DNA from: Minisyncoccota bacterium
GTDB lineage: Bacteria > Patescibacteriota > Minisyncoccia > Phycocordibacterales > JABAAK01
NCBI GenBank assembly: GCA_965222235.1
Contig: OZ244939.1
Location: 557,942-621,941 of the forward strand
DNA: 64,000 nucleotides
Direction: 5' to 3'
The translations under genes and the position numbers were made by a program. The notes under the pieces are model-generated. The model worked only from the letters and a program-made list of their open reading frames with translations, made no database searches and was not told the origin of the DNA. Position 1 is the stretch's first letter, and each line of letters starts with the position of its first letter. Below, piece after piece: positions 9,093 through 19,091 of this stretch.

Positions 9093-9250
9093 TTTGTTCA
9101 GACTCTTCTTTTTCATTTTACCGCCGCCCCCTTTGCGCGCTCTGCGCGCAGAGAAAGGCAAACAAAAACAGGAGCAAGCATAAGGGTTGAATATCAAAAA
9201 ACAGATCGAAAATAATTAACCAGTTCACGTGCTATCTCATTAGGGGTGCC
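9093..9250. repeat. R-element copy, right arm of the inverted-repeat pair around RM cassette 1
   Basis: This is the reverse complement of the 5497-5758 arm. It contains taccgccgccccctttgcgcgctctgcgcgcagagaaaggcaaacaaaaacagg, which is homologous to cagtaccgcccccttcacgcgctccgcgcggaaaaaaggcagaagaaaatgg in the R copy at 24255-24310. Confidence 0.7.
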
Positions 9251-9367
9251 TGAGGTGCCTGAGAAGATGTGCCGGGTTTGTGCAGGATGCTTTTGTTCGG
9301 CAGGGGTGTATCGTAGAGGAGGAATGTACCCTGCCCGATGATCTTGTATGGTATACTGACTATATAT

Positions 9368-11449
9368 ATGGCGACTGCAAAGAAGAAGACAACGGCTAAG
9401 ACCGGGAGGGGGACCACAGCAAAGAAGAAAACTGCTGGCACGTACGGCGCGAAGGATATTACCGTCCTTGAGGGGCTTGATGCGGTGCGCCGCCGCCCCG
9501 GCATGTACATCGGCACCACCGGCACCGACGGCCTGTACCACCTGATCTGGGAAGTGTTTGACAACGCGCGGGACGAGGCGATGGGAGGTCATGCTGACGA
9601 GATAGAGATTGTGCTGCTGCCCGGTGATGCGGTGCGGGTTGCCGACAACGGGCGGGGGATACCGACCGATATTCATTCAAAGACGAAGGTTTCCGCGCTT
9701 GAGACGATCATGACCACGCTGCACGCCGGCGGCAAGTTCGGCGACGGTGGCTACGCGGTATCCGGCGGTCTGCACGGCGTCGGTGTCTCCGTGGTTAACG
9801 CGCTGTCAAAGGAGGTGACGGCCGCGGTACACCGCGGCGGCTCCGTGTTTGAGCAGCTATACCGATTAGGGAAGCCGGTGACGAAAATGAAGAAGGTCGG
9901 GAAGACGGATGAGCGGGGGACGGTCATCACCTTCCGCCCCGACGAGTCCGTGTTTACCACGACGAAGTTTGACGGGACGGTCTTCTCTCCCGACCGGGTG
10001 CGGGATCACCTGCGCAGCCAGTCATACCTGGTGAAGTCCATGCATGTACGCATCGTTGATGCCCGCTCATCGTCCGTCAGCACGCCCGGGAACGACATAC
10101 TCTTCGTACACCAGCAGTTTCCTGACGCGCCGACCTATTCTTTTTTCTACGACAGCGGCCTCACCTCGTTTGTGCGACACCATAACAGCAGGCAGAAGCC
10201 TGTACACCAGCATATTTTCTATACGGAAAAGCAGATCGGTGCCGTGGGGGTTGAGGTCGCGCTCCAGTATGTTGACGACATCTCGTCCCGCATCTTTGCA
10301 TTCGGCAACACGATACCGAATGCCGAGGGCGGCACGCATGTGACGGGTTTCAAGACCGCGCTTACCCGGACGATTAATGCGTACGCGAAGGGGAAGAAGC
10401 TGGTGAAAGACGGTGACGGTTTCACCGGGGACGATGTGCTGGAGGGTATCACCGCCGTCGTGTCGGTGAAGATGCCCGAGATTCAGTTTGAGGGGCAGAC
10501 AAAGGCGAAGCTGGGGAGCGTTGAGGCACGCTCGGCGGTTGAGACGGTGTTCAGCGAGGCGTTCGGAACTTTTTTGGAGGAGCATCCGGCTGACGCGAAG
10601 AATATCATCATGAAGGTGTCTCTGGCGCAGCAGGCCCGCAAGGCGGCGCGTGCGGCGAAGGACAGTGTGCTGCGGAAGAGCGCGTTTGAGGTGGGCACCC
10701 TGCCGGGGAAGCTGGGAGACTGCCAGTCAAAGAGTATGTCTGAGTCCGAGCTGTTCATCGTTGAGGGTGAGTCCGCGGGCGGTACAGCGAAACAGGCGCG
10801 CGACCGCCGCACCCAGGCGGTACTGCCGCTCAAGGGAAAGATTCTGAATGTTGAGCGGGTGCGGATAGACCGGATGATGGCGTCTGAGGAGATCAAGTCG
10901 CTTGCCATCGTGCTGGGGACTTCTATCGGGGAGTCGTTTGATATTTCTAAACTGCGGTACGGCAAGATTATCATCGCCACCGATGCCGATGTTGATGGTG
11001 CCCATATCCGAACGCTGCTGCTCACCTTATTCTATCGCTATTTTAAACCACTCATTAAGGCGGGTCATATTTACTTCGCCCAGCCGCCGCTCTACAAGCT
11101 GAAGAAGGGGAAGGAGGAGCGGTACGCGTTTTCCGACGAGGACCGTGATTCGTTCATCAAAGAGCTTTCCAAAAAGAAATCTTCCGTCGCCGGGGACGAA
11201 GACGGCGGGGCGGATGAACAGGCAAAGGCCTCCGGCGTGTTCGTGCAGCGGTACAAGGGGCTGGGGGAGATGAACTACGAGGAGCTGCGGGATACCACTA
11301 TGGAACCGAAGAACCGGATTCTGAAGCAGGTTACGGTTGAGGATGCCGAGATTGCCGACAGGACCTTTGATATGTTGATGGGCAGCGAGGTCGCTCCCCG
11401 TAAGGTATTTATTCAGGAGAATGCGACCTACGCCACACTTGATGTGTAG
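9368..11449 (+). CDS. gyrB: DNA gyrase subunit B (type IIA topoisomerase ATPase subunit)
   Basis: It contains LEGLDAVRRRPGMYIGTT, GLHHLIWEV-like and VADNGRGIP (GHKL ATPase) segments, then the transducer, then the TOPRIM region ELFIVEGESAGG and ATDADVDGAHI, and the C-terminal tail. The ORF starts at 9338, and the likely start is MATAKKK at 9368. Confidence 0.9.
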   Translation: MATAKKKTTAKTGRGTTAKKKTAGTYGAKDITVLEGLDAVRRRPGMYIGTTGTDGLYHLIWEVFDNARDEAMGGHADEIEIVLLPGDAVRVADNGRGIPTDIHSKTKVSALETIMTTLHAGGKFGDGGYAVSGGLHGVGVSVVNALSKEVTAAVHRGGSVFEQLYRLGKPVTKMKKVGKTDERGTVITFRPDESVFTTTKFDGTVFSPDRVRDHLRSQSYLVKSMHVRIVDARSSSVSTPGNDILFVHQQFPDAPTYSFFYDSGLTSFVRHHNSRQKPVHQHIFYTEKQIGAVGVEVALQYVDDISSRIFAFGNTIPNAEGGTHVTGFKTALTRTINAYAKGKKLVKDGDGFTGDDVLEGITAVVSVKMPEIQFEGQTKAKLGSVEARSAVETVFSEAFGTFLEEHPADAKNIIMKVSLAQQARKAARAAKDSVLRKSAFEVGTLPGKLGDCQSKSMSESELFIVEGESAGGTAKQARDRRTQAVLPLKGKILNVERVRIDRMMASEEIKSLAIVLGTSIGESFDISKLRYGKIIIATDADVDGAHIRTLLLTLFYRYFKPLIKAGHIYFAQPPLYKLKKGKEERYAFSDEDRDSFIKELSKKKSSVAGDEDGGADEQAKASGVFVQRYKGLGEMNYEELRDTTMEPKNRILKQVTVEDAEIADRTFDMLMGSEVAPRKVFIQENATYATLDV

Positions 11450-11605
11450 TGTTTTCTTCCGGCGTGTATTGAATTCGCACCTGAAGTGCAACAAAAAGAA
11501 AAAACACATACGCCCGCTTGGTACTATGGATATGTTACTAACCATAACCAAACAGGCGTATGTACACTCATAGTACCATTACTAAGCGGATGGCGATAGC
11601 GACAC

Positions 11606-12566
11606 TTAATGGTTCAATACATTTGCACATAGCAGCGATACTGCAGATGTATGAGACAACATCCCAAGAAAATCATTCAAATATACAAAGAAACAAGAGA
11701 TATACAGCATACTGCTGAACTGCTCGGTATCCACAGAACCACGGTATCCCGGTGGCTGAGACGGGCACGGTCACCGTATCCCTACGGGGAACCGCGGTAT
11801 GTCATGCGGGGACTGCAGCGGAAGAGCACGAGACCGAAGAGACTGAGGGAACCGGCACTCTCCGGGGAGGAAAGAGTAGTCATTGCGGCAATGAGGCAGA
11901 AACGGGGATGGTGTGCCGAGAAACTCAGGGAGGAAACCGGTATAGCGGTATCAGTAAGTACGGTGAAACGGTTCCTGATAGCCCGTGGCTACATACGACA
12001 GAAGAAGCGACATCGTCGTCCCTTGTGTCAGAATACAGTACATATGCACGCAAAGAACGCTGAAACCGTCGGCTACCTCCAGATGGATGTGAAGTACCTC
12101 ACCCCTGAATTGACAGGATTGCCCTGGACCTGTTTCGAGTATGCCATCATAGACATTTACTCCCGATACAAGGATGCCGTCATATACAATGATCTGAATC
12201 AGAATAATGCCATTTCAGCTATGACGGAAATAGTGAACCGTCTACCCTTCAGAACAGTATTCATCCAAACGGATAACGGTCTTGAATTTCAAAAAAGATT
12301 CCATACCCATGTAACTGCTCTCTGTACAAAACACCACTATATTCACAAATCAAGTCCTAACGAGAATGCCGTCATTGAACGATCGTTCAGGACTGATGAG
12401 GAGGAGTTCATCTACTACAAGGCTCCTTTCAAAGAATATGACGATCTCAGAGAACAATACGCCCAATACCTCCATCATTACAACCATGAGAGACCGCATT
12501 TCGGCATTGACCTTAAGAAACCCATAGATGTGGTACACTCATGTGCAAATGTATTGAACCATTAAG
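11606..12566 (+). mobile_element. IS481-family insertion sequence (copy 1) with 25-bp perfect terminal IRs and 7-bp target duplication gcgacac
   Basis: The ends are ttaatggttcaatacatttgcacat ... atgtgcaaatgtattgaaccattaa. The flanking gcgacac at 11599-11605 is repeated at 12567-12573. Removing the IS plus one TSD restores the IS30 transposase reading frame (ATG at 11590). Confidence 0.8.
11651..12565 (+). CDS. IS481-family transposase (N-terminal HTH + DDE integrase core/rve domain)
   Basis: It has an HTH (TAELLGIHRTTVSRWLRR) and an rve core with DVKY...TDNGLEF...NENAVIER. It is 100% identical to the protein at 26481..27395. Confidence 0.85.
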   Translation: MRQHPKKIIQIYKETRDIQHTAELLGIHRTTVSRWLRRARSPYPYGEPRYVMRGLQRKSTRPKRLREPALSGEERVVIAAMRQKRGWCAEKLREETGIAVSVSTVKRFLIARGYIRQKKRHRRPLCQNTVHMHAKNAETVGYLQMDVKYLTPELTGLPWTCFEYAIIDIYSRYKDAVIYNDLNQNNAISAMTEIVNRLPFRTVFIQTDNGLEFQKRFHTHVTALCTKHHYIHKSSPNENAVIERSFRTDEEEFIYYKAPFKEYDDLREQYAQYLHHYNHERPHFGIDLKKPIDVVHSCANVLNH

Positions 12567-13439
12567 GCGACACTGAAAAGAGCGGGGCTCTCACAGACAG
12601 CGATAGCAAGAGAGATAGGGGTACACAGAAGCACGGTATGCAGAGAGTTGCGGAGAAATGGCACGGAAAAGAAAGGGTATCGTCCAATATACGCGGAACG
12701 GAAGGCGAAAGAAAGAAGAAGAGAATCTAAGGAGCCCTACCGGAAGATAGACGGTGATCCTGATCTGCAGCAGAAAATTGAGCGGATGCTGCATCCTCTC
12801 ATCTCCCCTGAAGTAGTGGCACACCTCTGTGGTATACACCACCAGAGAATCTATGACCGGGTAAGAAGAGAGCGACCGGATCTCAAAGACAGGTTGCCGA
12901 GAAAAGGAAGGAAGAAAAGAAAGAAAACAGGAAAGAGGACAGTATGGGTCAGTACAACACGGTCAATACACAACAGACCGGAGACAGACGGGCTCTCCCG
13001 GGAGGGAGACACCCTGGTGGGGCCGACAAAGACAAGAATACTCACCCATGTGGAGAAGAAAAGCTTGTATCTTGATGCCAGAGTCATACGAGACGGTTTG
13101 TCCCACACCGTACATGAGACACTGCAAAAGAGACCGCTGCAGGGACAAATCACCTATGACTGCGGTTCTGAATTCACCCTATGGAAATGGATAGAAGAGG
13201 ATACGGGAGCGACTGTCTACTTTTGTGATCCTCATTCCCCGGGACAGCGGGGCAAGAATGAGAACACTAACGGCAGGCTCAGACGAGTCTACCCCAAGAA
13301 CACTGATCTCAGCACGATAGCACAACAGAATCTCAACAACATTGTCCACCTCATGAACAACACCCCGAGGAAGTCCCTTAACTGGAAAACTCCCGCTCAG
13401 GTGTATACTGCACTTGTTGCATCTCAGTCGAGAATCTAA
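12558..13439 (+). pseudogene. IS30-family transposase, 5' end disrupted by the IS481 insertion (first 5-6 codons lie at 11590-11605 upstream of the insertion)
   Basis: The in-frame translation reads ATLKRAGLSQTAIAREIGVHRSTVCRELRRNGTEKKGYRP... (IS30 HTH), then DDE, then CDPHSPGQRGKNENTNGRLRRVYPKNTDL, the IS30 C-terminal signature. The ORF track lists 12648..13439 (TTG start). Confidence 0.75.
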
Positions 13440-13457
13440 TACTTAGGCTCTTTTTAT

Positions 13458-14042
13458 TTGTTTTACATGGTACACTGCATAACAGTGGGTAAAATAGTAA
13501 TTGCACCGTTAATTATGATGCACATACTGGTGTTTTCTGTAGTTTTTGCGCAGGAAGAGAGAGTAGAACCACCGGAACCGCCACCATTACTATCTCCTCC
13601 GCGACAGGTGTATGAATCGGAAAAAATAGCGGAATTTGAAGATAGTCCGTATCCGGCGTATGCGGTTTACAACATATACGGCAGAGTAATCAAATTAGTG
13701 CAAGATTTTCCCTTCGGATATTACGCTGTTACCGAATATACCTGGTGGCCGAATAACTATCGGGAAGAACAGGATGAACAGGGCAGTTATTCCTACGATA
13801 ACCGGAAAAAAGAAGAAATCGGGTATCTGTATAAAAATGGAAAACAGTCCGCATACTATGAATTCACCTATGATGAAGAAGAAACCATTGTGGCAAAGAA
13901 ATCCGAAGGAGCATCTATTATACGAACATTGATATTTTTATTGGCCCCAATTTTAAGAGTAACAAACCAAGAAATAGCCGAAAATGAAGAAGTAAAAAAA
14001 CTACTTGATCTTGAAAAACCCACTACCCCAAACACCCCATAA
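13458..14042 (+). CDS. Hypothetical secreted protein (N-terminal signal/TM), AT-rich
   Basis: A 194-aa ORF with a hydrophobic N-terminus. No recognisable domain. Confidence 0.35.
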   Translation: MFYMVHCITVGKIVIAPLIMMHILVFSVVFAQEERVEPPEPPPLLSPPRQVYESEKIAEFEDSPYPAYAVYNIYGRVIKLVQDFPFGYYAVTEYTWWPNNYREEQDEQGSYSYDNRKKEEIGYLYKNGKQSAYYEFTYDEEETIVAKKSEGASIIRTLIFLLAPILRVTNQEIAENEEVKKLLDLEKPTTPNTP

Positions 14043-14306
14043 ACCGCTTCCGAGCACATACACCGCCGCGACTGTTATACCGAACACTGCGGCAACACCA
14101 ATTGCATCGCCTATTTTACGTGTCCACACCGACAGCACGAAATACCAAAGGCCAATCAACATCCACAGTATGATAAACGCCGTTCTGGTATACACATACT
14201 CCGACACCAGCACACCGTTGACTATTCGTAAAAGCAATGGCAAAACCAGAACAGCCAATGCCATAATGCCGAAAAAGGTGATAAGAAAAAACCTCAAGAC
14301 CGCCAC
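14001..14306 (-). CDS. Small hypothetical membrane protein (3 predicted TM helices)
   Basis: A 101-aa hydrophobic ORF. Its first 30 codons and ~150 bp upstream are duplicated at 18180-18370. Confidence 0.35.
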   Translation of the reverse strand: MAVLRFFLITFFGIMALAVLVLPLLLRIVNGVLVSEYVYTRTAFIILWMLIGLWYFVLSVWTRKIGDAIGVAAVFGITVAAVYVLGSGLWGVWGSGFFKIK

Positions 14307-14670
14307 CGATCTCTCCCAGATGCCCTCATCACCCTATCAAATATCTCCGAGAATATGAAGTCAAACATATAGCATTATACCATCTCAATATGGCACAGTA
14401 CCGTCTTTTTGGCAGGATACGTGATACACCGGCTGTAATAGAAAAGATGTCCCTCTTCCTTTTGTCTTGCTTGTAATAGTTGGGATAGTGCTGATATATA
14501 GTATTCGGAACATCCAGAAAACACCACATACTTACAATAATGGAGATGAGAAAACATCCGTTTATTTTTTATTTGAATTTTGTTCTTCAACCAAATTATT
14601 TTCAATATATTGAGTTAGTAATTGATTACTTTTTATCTACTTCAAATATTATTACCTTATAACCTATGAT

Positions 14671-16272
14671 ATGATTACATGTAAAGTATATATGAAAAAA
14701 CTAAAAATTAGTTTAATTATTACTGTCTTGGTTGTAGTTGGTTACGGTTTATTTGAGGTGCTTGATAGTCTTAGGGTTTCTATGCAACCTGAAAAACTAT
14801 ATAGTGGTAACACAACGGTGGCATTTGAAACAGAGCAACTTGCCTGTAATCATATTTTTAATAGTGATTTTGCATATGTCGTTGGTGGTGCTGTTATTGA
14901 TATAGATGGTTCTGGTAAAGAAAGATTTTTTGCGACTACTGGGGACGGACAAAAGGATTGTCTACTTGAAATTGGTAGTGACGGTAAAGTAACAGACATA
15001 ATAGACAGGGTTGGTATTAACAACACCATGGCAAGTTTTGGTGTTTTTGCGATTGATGTGGATGAGGACCAACTCACAGATTTATTTGTGGCAAGAGAGG
15101 GTGGACTTTATTTTTATAAAAACAAAGGAGGAATCTTTGAAGGCGGCTTATTATATGACAAATTTGAACCCCGTTCCACGCCAGTTGATATAGCCGTTTC
15201 AGATATAGACAGAGATGGAGATATTGATTTGTATATTTCTACTTTTATACAAGGCAGATTCTTTGCTTCGGCAAGTTTTAATAATACAAAAAACAGACAA
15301 AGGAATATACTACTTGAAAATACAGGTAATTTACAGTTTGTAGATTCAACAGCAAAACTCAACTTGGAATTTTCGCAAAATGTGTTCACATCTAATTTTG
15401 TAGATTTGAATAACGACGGATACGAAGATTTAATTATATCCCCCAACACTGATGTAGTTCATATATATAAAAATGATGGAACAGGTCGGTTTGAACTTGC
15501 ATACAAAGATGATAGATATGGATTTTGGATGGGAATTGGTATAGCAGACATTGATTCAGATGGGTATCTTGATCTTTTCTTCTCTAATTCTGGAAGTTCA
15601 ATTCCAGAAAAATTTTTACAAGGAGATTCAACTGACAGCCAAAAAGTTACTTCAGATTTTCTTTTGTTAAAGAATTTAGGAAATTTTCAATTTAAAAATG
15701 TTTTACCTGAAAAATATCACAACAAAATACCATTTGGTTGGGGGATAGTTGCACACGACTTTAACTTTGATAATGTGGATGACTTTTTAATTATGGAAAA
15801 TTATATACGATGGACACCTCATAAAATTAAAAAGAATCCAGGTAGTTTGTTAATAAATACAGAAGGAATGTTCGTTGATGCTATATCTTTGTTTGATTTA
15901 GAAAATAGAAATTATGGGTTTTCTGCTTTAGTTGGAGATTTGGATGGGGATGGTCTAGAAGATGTTCTGAATCTCAACATTGGTGGTAAATATGTGTTTC
16001 ATAAAAATGTATCTGTTGTAGATAAAGATAGGTTTGTGGTTCAATTCCCCTCAAGTTATAAATACACAAATACGACAGTCAGTATTGAATTTGATGATAA
16101 AACCACAATAACTAAACACCATATTAAAAAACAAGGAACAATGACGACACAAAAAGAAAGAGTATCTATTTATTTTCAAAACAAACAACCAACAAAGGTA
16201 AGTATAAAGTATTTAAACAAAGAAAAAGTTTTTGAAATCGCTAAAAATCAACGAGTGTTAATTGTTGAATAG
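14671..16272 (+). CDS. FG-GAP/VCBS-type repeat beta-propeller protein (integrin-alpha-like repeats), secreted/membrane-anchored
   Basis: It carries repeated D-x-D/N-x-D-G motifs: IDIDGSGKE, AIDVDEDQLTDLF, DIDRDGDIDLY, VDLNNDGYEDLI, ADIDSDGYLDLF and GDLDGDGLEDV. It has an N-terminal signal/TM and is strongly AT-rich. Confidence 0.65.
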   Translation: MITCKVYMKKLKISLIITVLVVVGYGLFEVLDSLRVSMQPEKLYSGNTTVAFETEQLACNHIFNSDFAYVVGGAVIDIDGSGKERFFATTGDGQKDCLLEIGSDGKVTDIIDRVGINNTMASFGVFAIDVDEDQLTDLFVAREGGLYFYKNKGGIFEGGLLYDKFEPRSTPVDIAVSDIDRDGDIDLYISTFIQGRFFASASFNNTKNRQRNILLENTGNLQFVDSTAKLNLEFSQNVFTSNFVDLNNDGYEDLIISPNTDVVHIYKNDGTGRFELAYKDDRYGFWMGIGIADIDSDGYLDLFFSNSGSSIPEKFLQGDSTDSQKVTSDFLLLKNLGNFQFKNVLPEKYHNKIPFGWGIVAHDFNFDNVDDFLIMENYIRWTPHKIKKNPGSLLINTEGMFVDAISLFDLENRNYGFSALVGDLDGDGLEDVLNLNIGGKYVFHKNVSVVDKDRFVVQFPSSYKYTNTTVSIEFDDKTTITKHHIKKQGTMTTQKERVSIYFQNKQPTKVSIKYLNKEKVFEIAKNQRVLIVE

Positions 16273-16494
16273 GGTTTTGGTGCTCTTGTTTGTGACATAC
16301 TTACCTATATGATATACCTCTGCCGTCATAAGCTGGGTGGAAAGTAGTTTGAGATGCAGGGTACTGCACTTTATCCGCTGAATGTTCTAAAAAGAAACTA
16401 TCTGTGTCTGTGTAGTTTTTTAAATTACTAATCGGCTATTATACCGAAGATAGAAACAATACCGTCATTACATTCGGCGCACCTCACACCATTG

Positions 16495-16730
16495 TGTTTG
16501 AACTCTGGAAGCACTTTGACGACACCTCGCCCGCTCAAAAACAGGAAGGGCTTTCTGCGAAACACCTTCCTGTTTTTTCACTCTTTGGCTCGGCGGTGTC
16601 TGTTCCGTTTTGTTTTTTCCATTCCGTCTCGCTACTCCGCTACCACTCCGCAAAAATCAAAAATCGGAAATACTGTTTCAGTTTTGTTTCTCCATTCCGT
16701 CCTGTATACTCCGCTAACGCTCCATACACA
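16495..16730. repeat. R-element family fragment (degenerate copy)
   Basis: Bases 16497-16545 (gtttgaactctggaagcactttgacgacacctcgcccgctc) are similar to 20296-20336. Bases 16560-16650 (ccttcctgttttttcactctttggctcggcggtgtctgttccg...) are similar to 45215-45300. Confidence 0.5.
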
Positions 16731-16821
16731 GGAGTGGGAACGGGGTTTTTCTTGCTCATGTTTTCTTTTGGTTGTGAGATGTGGAAACATCCTGTGCTTC
16801 AGGTACTATATACTGAGCATA

Positions 16822-17344
16822 TATGCAATTTCTCACAAAAATATTTCAGGGTCGTATGGATAGAATCACTTTTTTCTATTCTCGCTTTTTCTTCTCATTC
16901 TTCCGTGCATCAATTTTGTATATTTGATTGTATACAAAAATAGTGTTACTTCTTTTATTCGACTTACTTATTTTGAAGAACCGGTTCTTTTAATCTTCCT
17001 CTTTCTTTCTGTTGCTTCCGTTCCTCCTCGTACCCCTCGCTTCCCGGAGATTACAGGCTATCGGCTGGTCACGGTGGTTCTCTGTGTTAATCATCATTCC
17101 TTTGGTGAATATACTTGCCACAGCCATTCTCTCTGTTATTCCGGGAAAAAACATGGAAAGACATGTGAAGAATAAAAGTTATGCACTTCGCTGGCTCTTC
17201 CTTGTTCTCTTTATCGTTCTGGTACCCGTCATCTTTTCCTTTATTCGCTGGACAGTATGTCCTCCAAGAAAAGAGGGAAGGTTGTACAATGCCGTGTCTT
17301 ACTGTTCACCGACACCGCTGTATCAGAGAGTTATACACAACTAA
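16822..17344 (+). pseudogene. DUF805-family membrane protein gene, first of three tandem paralogs, apparently disrupted by frameshifts
   Basis: The N-terminus MQFLTKIFQGRMDRITFF (compare MYMQFLKKLFQGRVGRFTFF of copy 2) lies in a different frame from the C-terminal RRLQAIGWSRWFSVLIIIPLVNILATAILSVIPGK (ORF 17012..17344). There is a stop in between. Confidence 0.4.
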
Positions 17345-17450
17345 CACATAGTATCAGACCCAAGACCGCAGAAACTGAAAAACTTGTACCGGTAGTACCA
17401 TGCGGTCACATTACACCACAGGCGAGCGGAAATTGTGTGAGTGATATACT

Positions 17451-18002
17451 ATGTATATGCAATTTCTTAAGAAACTGTTTCAGGGTCGTGTGGGGAGATT
17501 TACATTTTTTCTGTGTACCTTCTATTTGATACTATTTCCATTGATTCAAATTTTCTATCTTATCTACTATACACAGGATCTTTCAAATTTCAGTACGGAT
17601 CCAATCTTCCTTGCTAAAGTGTTTCTGTCCCTCTATCTCGCACTCCCTTTTTTCCTTGTATCTGTTGCTTTTAGGCGATTACATGATATCGGTTGGTCAC
17701 AATGGCTCTCCGTATTAGTTGTTATTCCTGTAGTAAACTTATTTACCGCATTCGTCCTTTCTGTTACCCGGGGCAAAGAAAGTATGAAAAAATCTGAAAG
17801 ATATCTGAGGTTTTACCGGTGCCATTTTCTTTTCACCATTCTTTTCGTTCTCATTTTGTTTGTTAGTTTTGATATTATTCGCAAACAACTTTGTGGTTAT
17901 TGTCCTGAAGGGATGTTTTGCGCACAAGAAATTTATTGTATACCGGGTATACCGGGTGTACAGATGCCTGTAATACCAGCACCGGGTTCCGCATTACAGT
18001 AA
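17451..18002 (+). CDS. DUF805-family inner-membrane protein (paralog 2)
   Basis: It has the DUF805 hallmark RRLHDIGWSQW followed by VVIPVVNLFTAFVLSV, with multiple TM segments. Confidence 0.6.
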   Translation: MYMQFLKKLFQGRVGRFTFFLCTFYLILFPLIQIFYLIYYTQDLSNFSTDPIFLAKVFLSLYLALPFFLVSVAFRRLHDIGWSQWLSVLVVIPVVNLFTAFVLSVTRGKESMKKSERYLRFYRCHFLFTILFVLILFVSFDIIRKQLCGYCPEGMFCAQEIYCIPGIPGVQMPVIPAPGSALQ

Positions 18003-18465
18003 GAAAAGGTATTATGTATTGATTTTAGTTATACACTCATCATGTGCTGTCAGAATACGTTGTGGTAGAGTAAAATTTGTATGAACAATAACATCACATC
18101 AACAACAAACAAACTTCAGAGTGCCTCGGCACTCTTTATTATTTCCTCATTACTCTTTACCTCTTCCTATTTTCTGTGTACCGTCATCAACCCGTAGAAG
18201 CAATGGCAAAATCACAACAGCCAACGTCATAATACCAAAAAAGGTGATAAGAAAAAACCTCAATGTCGTCGACCGATCTCTCCCGAACGCCCCCATCACC
18301 CTATCAGACATCTTCGAGAATATAAAGTCAAACATACATATACCACTATAGCACCCCAGTATGACACACCACCGTCTCAACATTTCACAGAGTGTGTACC
18401 TCTCTGAGGTTTTCACGGACCGTACAAGCAGCAATAGGGTGTGCACCATGTTACACTCTATGTAT

Positions 18466-18927
18466 ATGCGTTTTTTGAAAAAATGGTTTCAGGGTCGTGC
18501 AGGGAGAGACATGTTTCTATTATCCGCACTATTTCTTTTGGTAATCCCGTTGTTACAGTTCCTTTCTTTTTCTTATTTATACAGTATTGTTCTTTTTCCT
18601 CATTTTCCAGAAGAACCACAACAATTCTTTATAGCATCTCTTCTCATACTCCTTATACTTCCGCTTTTCCTTCTGCCGGTCACCGTACAACGCTTGCGTG
18701 ATATGAATCGATCAAGACGGTTTGCTATATTCATCGGCATCCCTTTCGTAAATATATTTACCGCATCCCTTTTTTCTATTATTCCGGGAAGTAAAAAGAA
18801 AAGCATCTCAAGAGATAAGTCACACTCTCTTAAAAGAAGCGTTGTTGTACTTTGCAGTATTCTATACATTATCCTGCTTGTTGTTGTCCTCGGTCTGTTT
18901 ATATATATATGCTCGTTGGTGCGGTGA
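18466..18927 (+). CDS. DUF805-family inner-membrane protein (paralog 3)
   Basis: MYMRFLKKWFQGRAGR...QRLRDMNRSRRFAIFIGIPFVNIFTASLFSIIPG. The ORF track starts at 18361, and the likely start is the MYMRF methionine. Confidence 0.55.
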   Translation: MRFLKKWFQGRAGRDMFLLSALFLLVIPLLQFLSFSYLYSIVLFPHFPEEPQQFFIASLLILLILPLFLLPVTVQRLRDMNRSRRFAIFIGIPFVNIFTASLFSIIPGSKKKSISRDKSHSLKRSVVVLCSILYIILLVVVLGLFIYICSLVR

Positions 18928-19091
18928 TCGGTGTACTGATGGTGAAATTTGTAACACCATTGCCGCTTCTCCTTGCAGAGGTTGATCATTTTTGTAAATT
19001 ATGCACACCTAATAACACCACAAGACACAAAAATTGATGTTAATATTGCACTTGTATGCACAATAGCATCATATCAATAACAAACAAACTT

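Larger units (their letters stand above)
11469..13442 (+). mobile_element. IS30-family insertion sequence (copy 1), itself interrupted by an IS481-family element; imperfect ~27-bp terminal IRs
   Basis: The left end attgaattcgcacctgaagtgcaac matches the right end (rc) attagattctcgactgagatgcaac. The transposase has the IS30 signature. Net length without the nested IS is about 1.0 kb. Confidence 0.7.
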
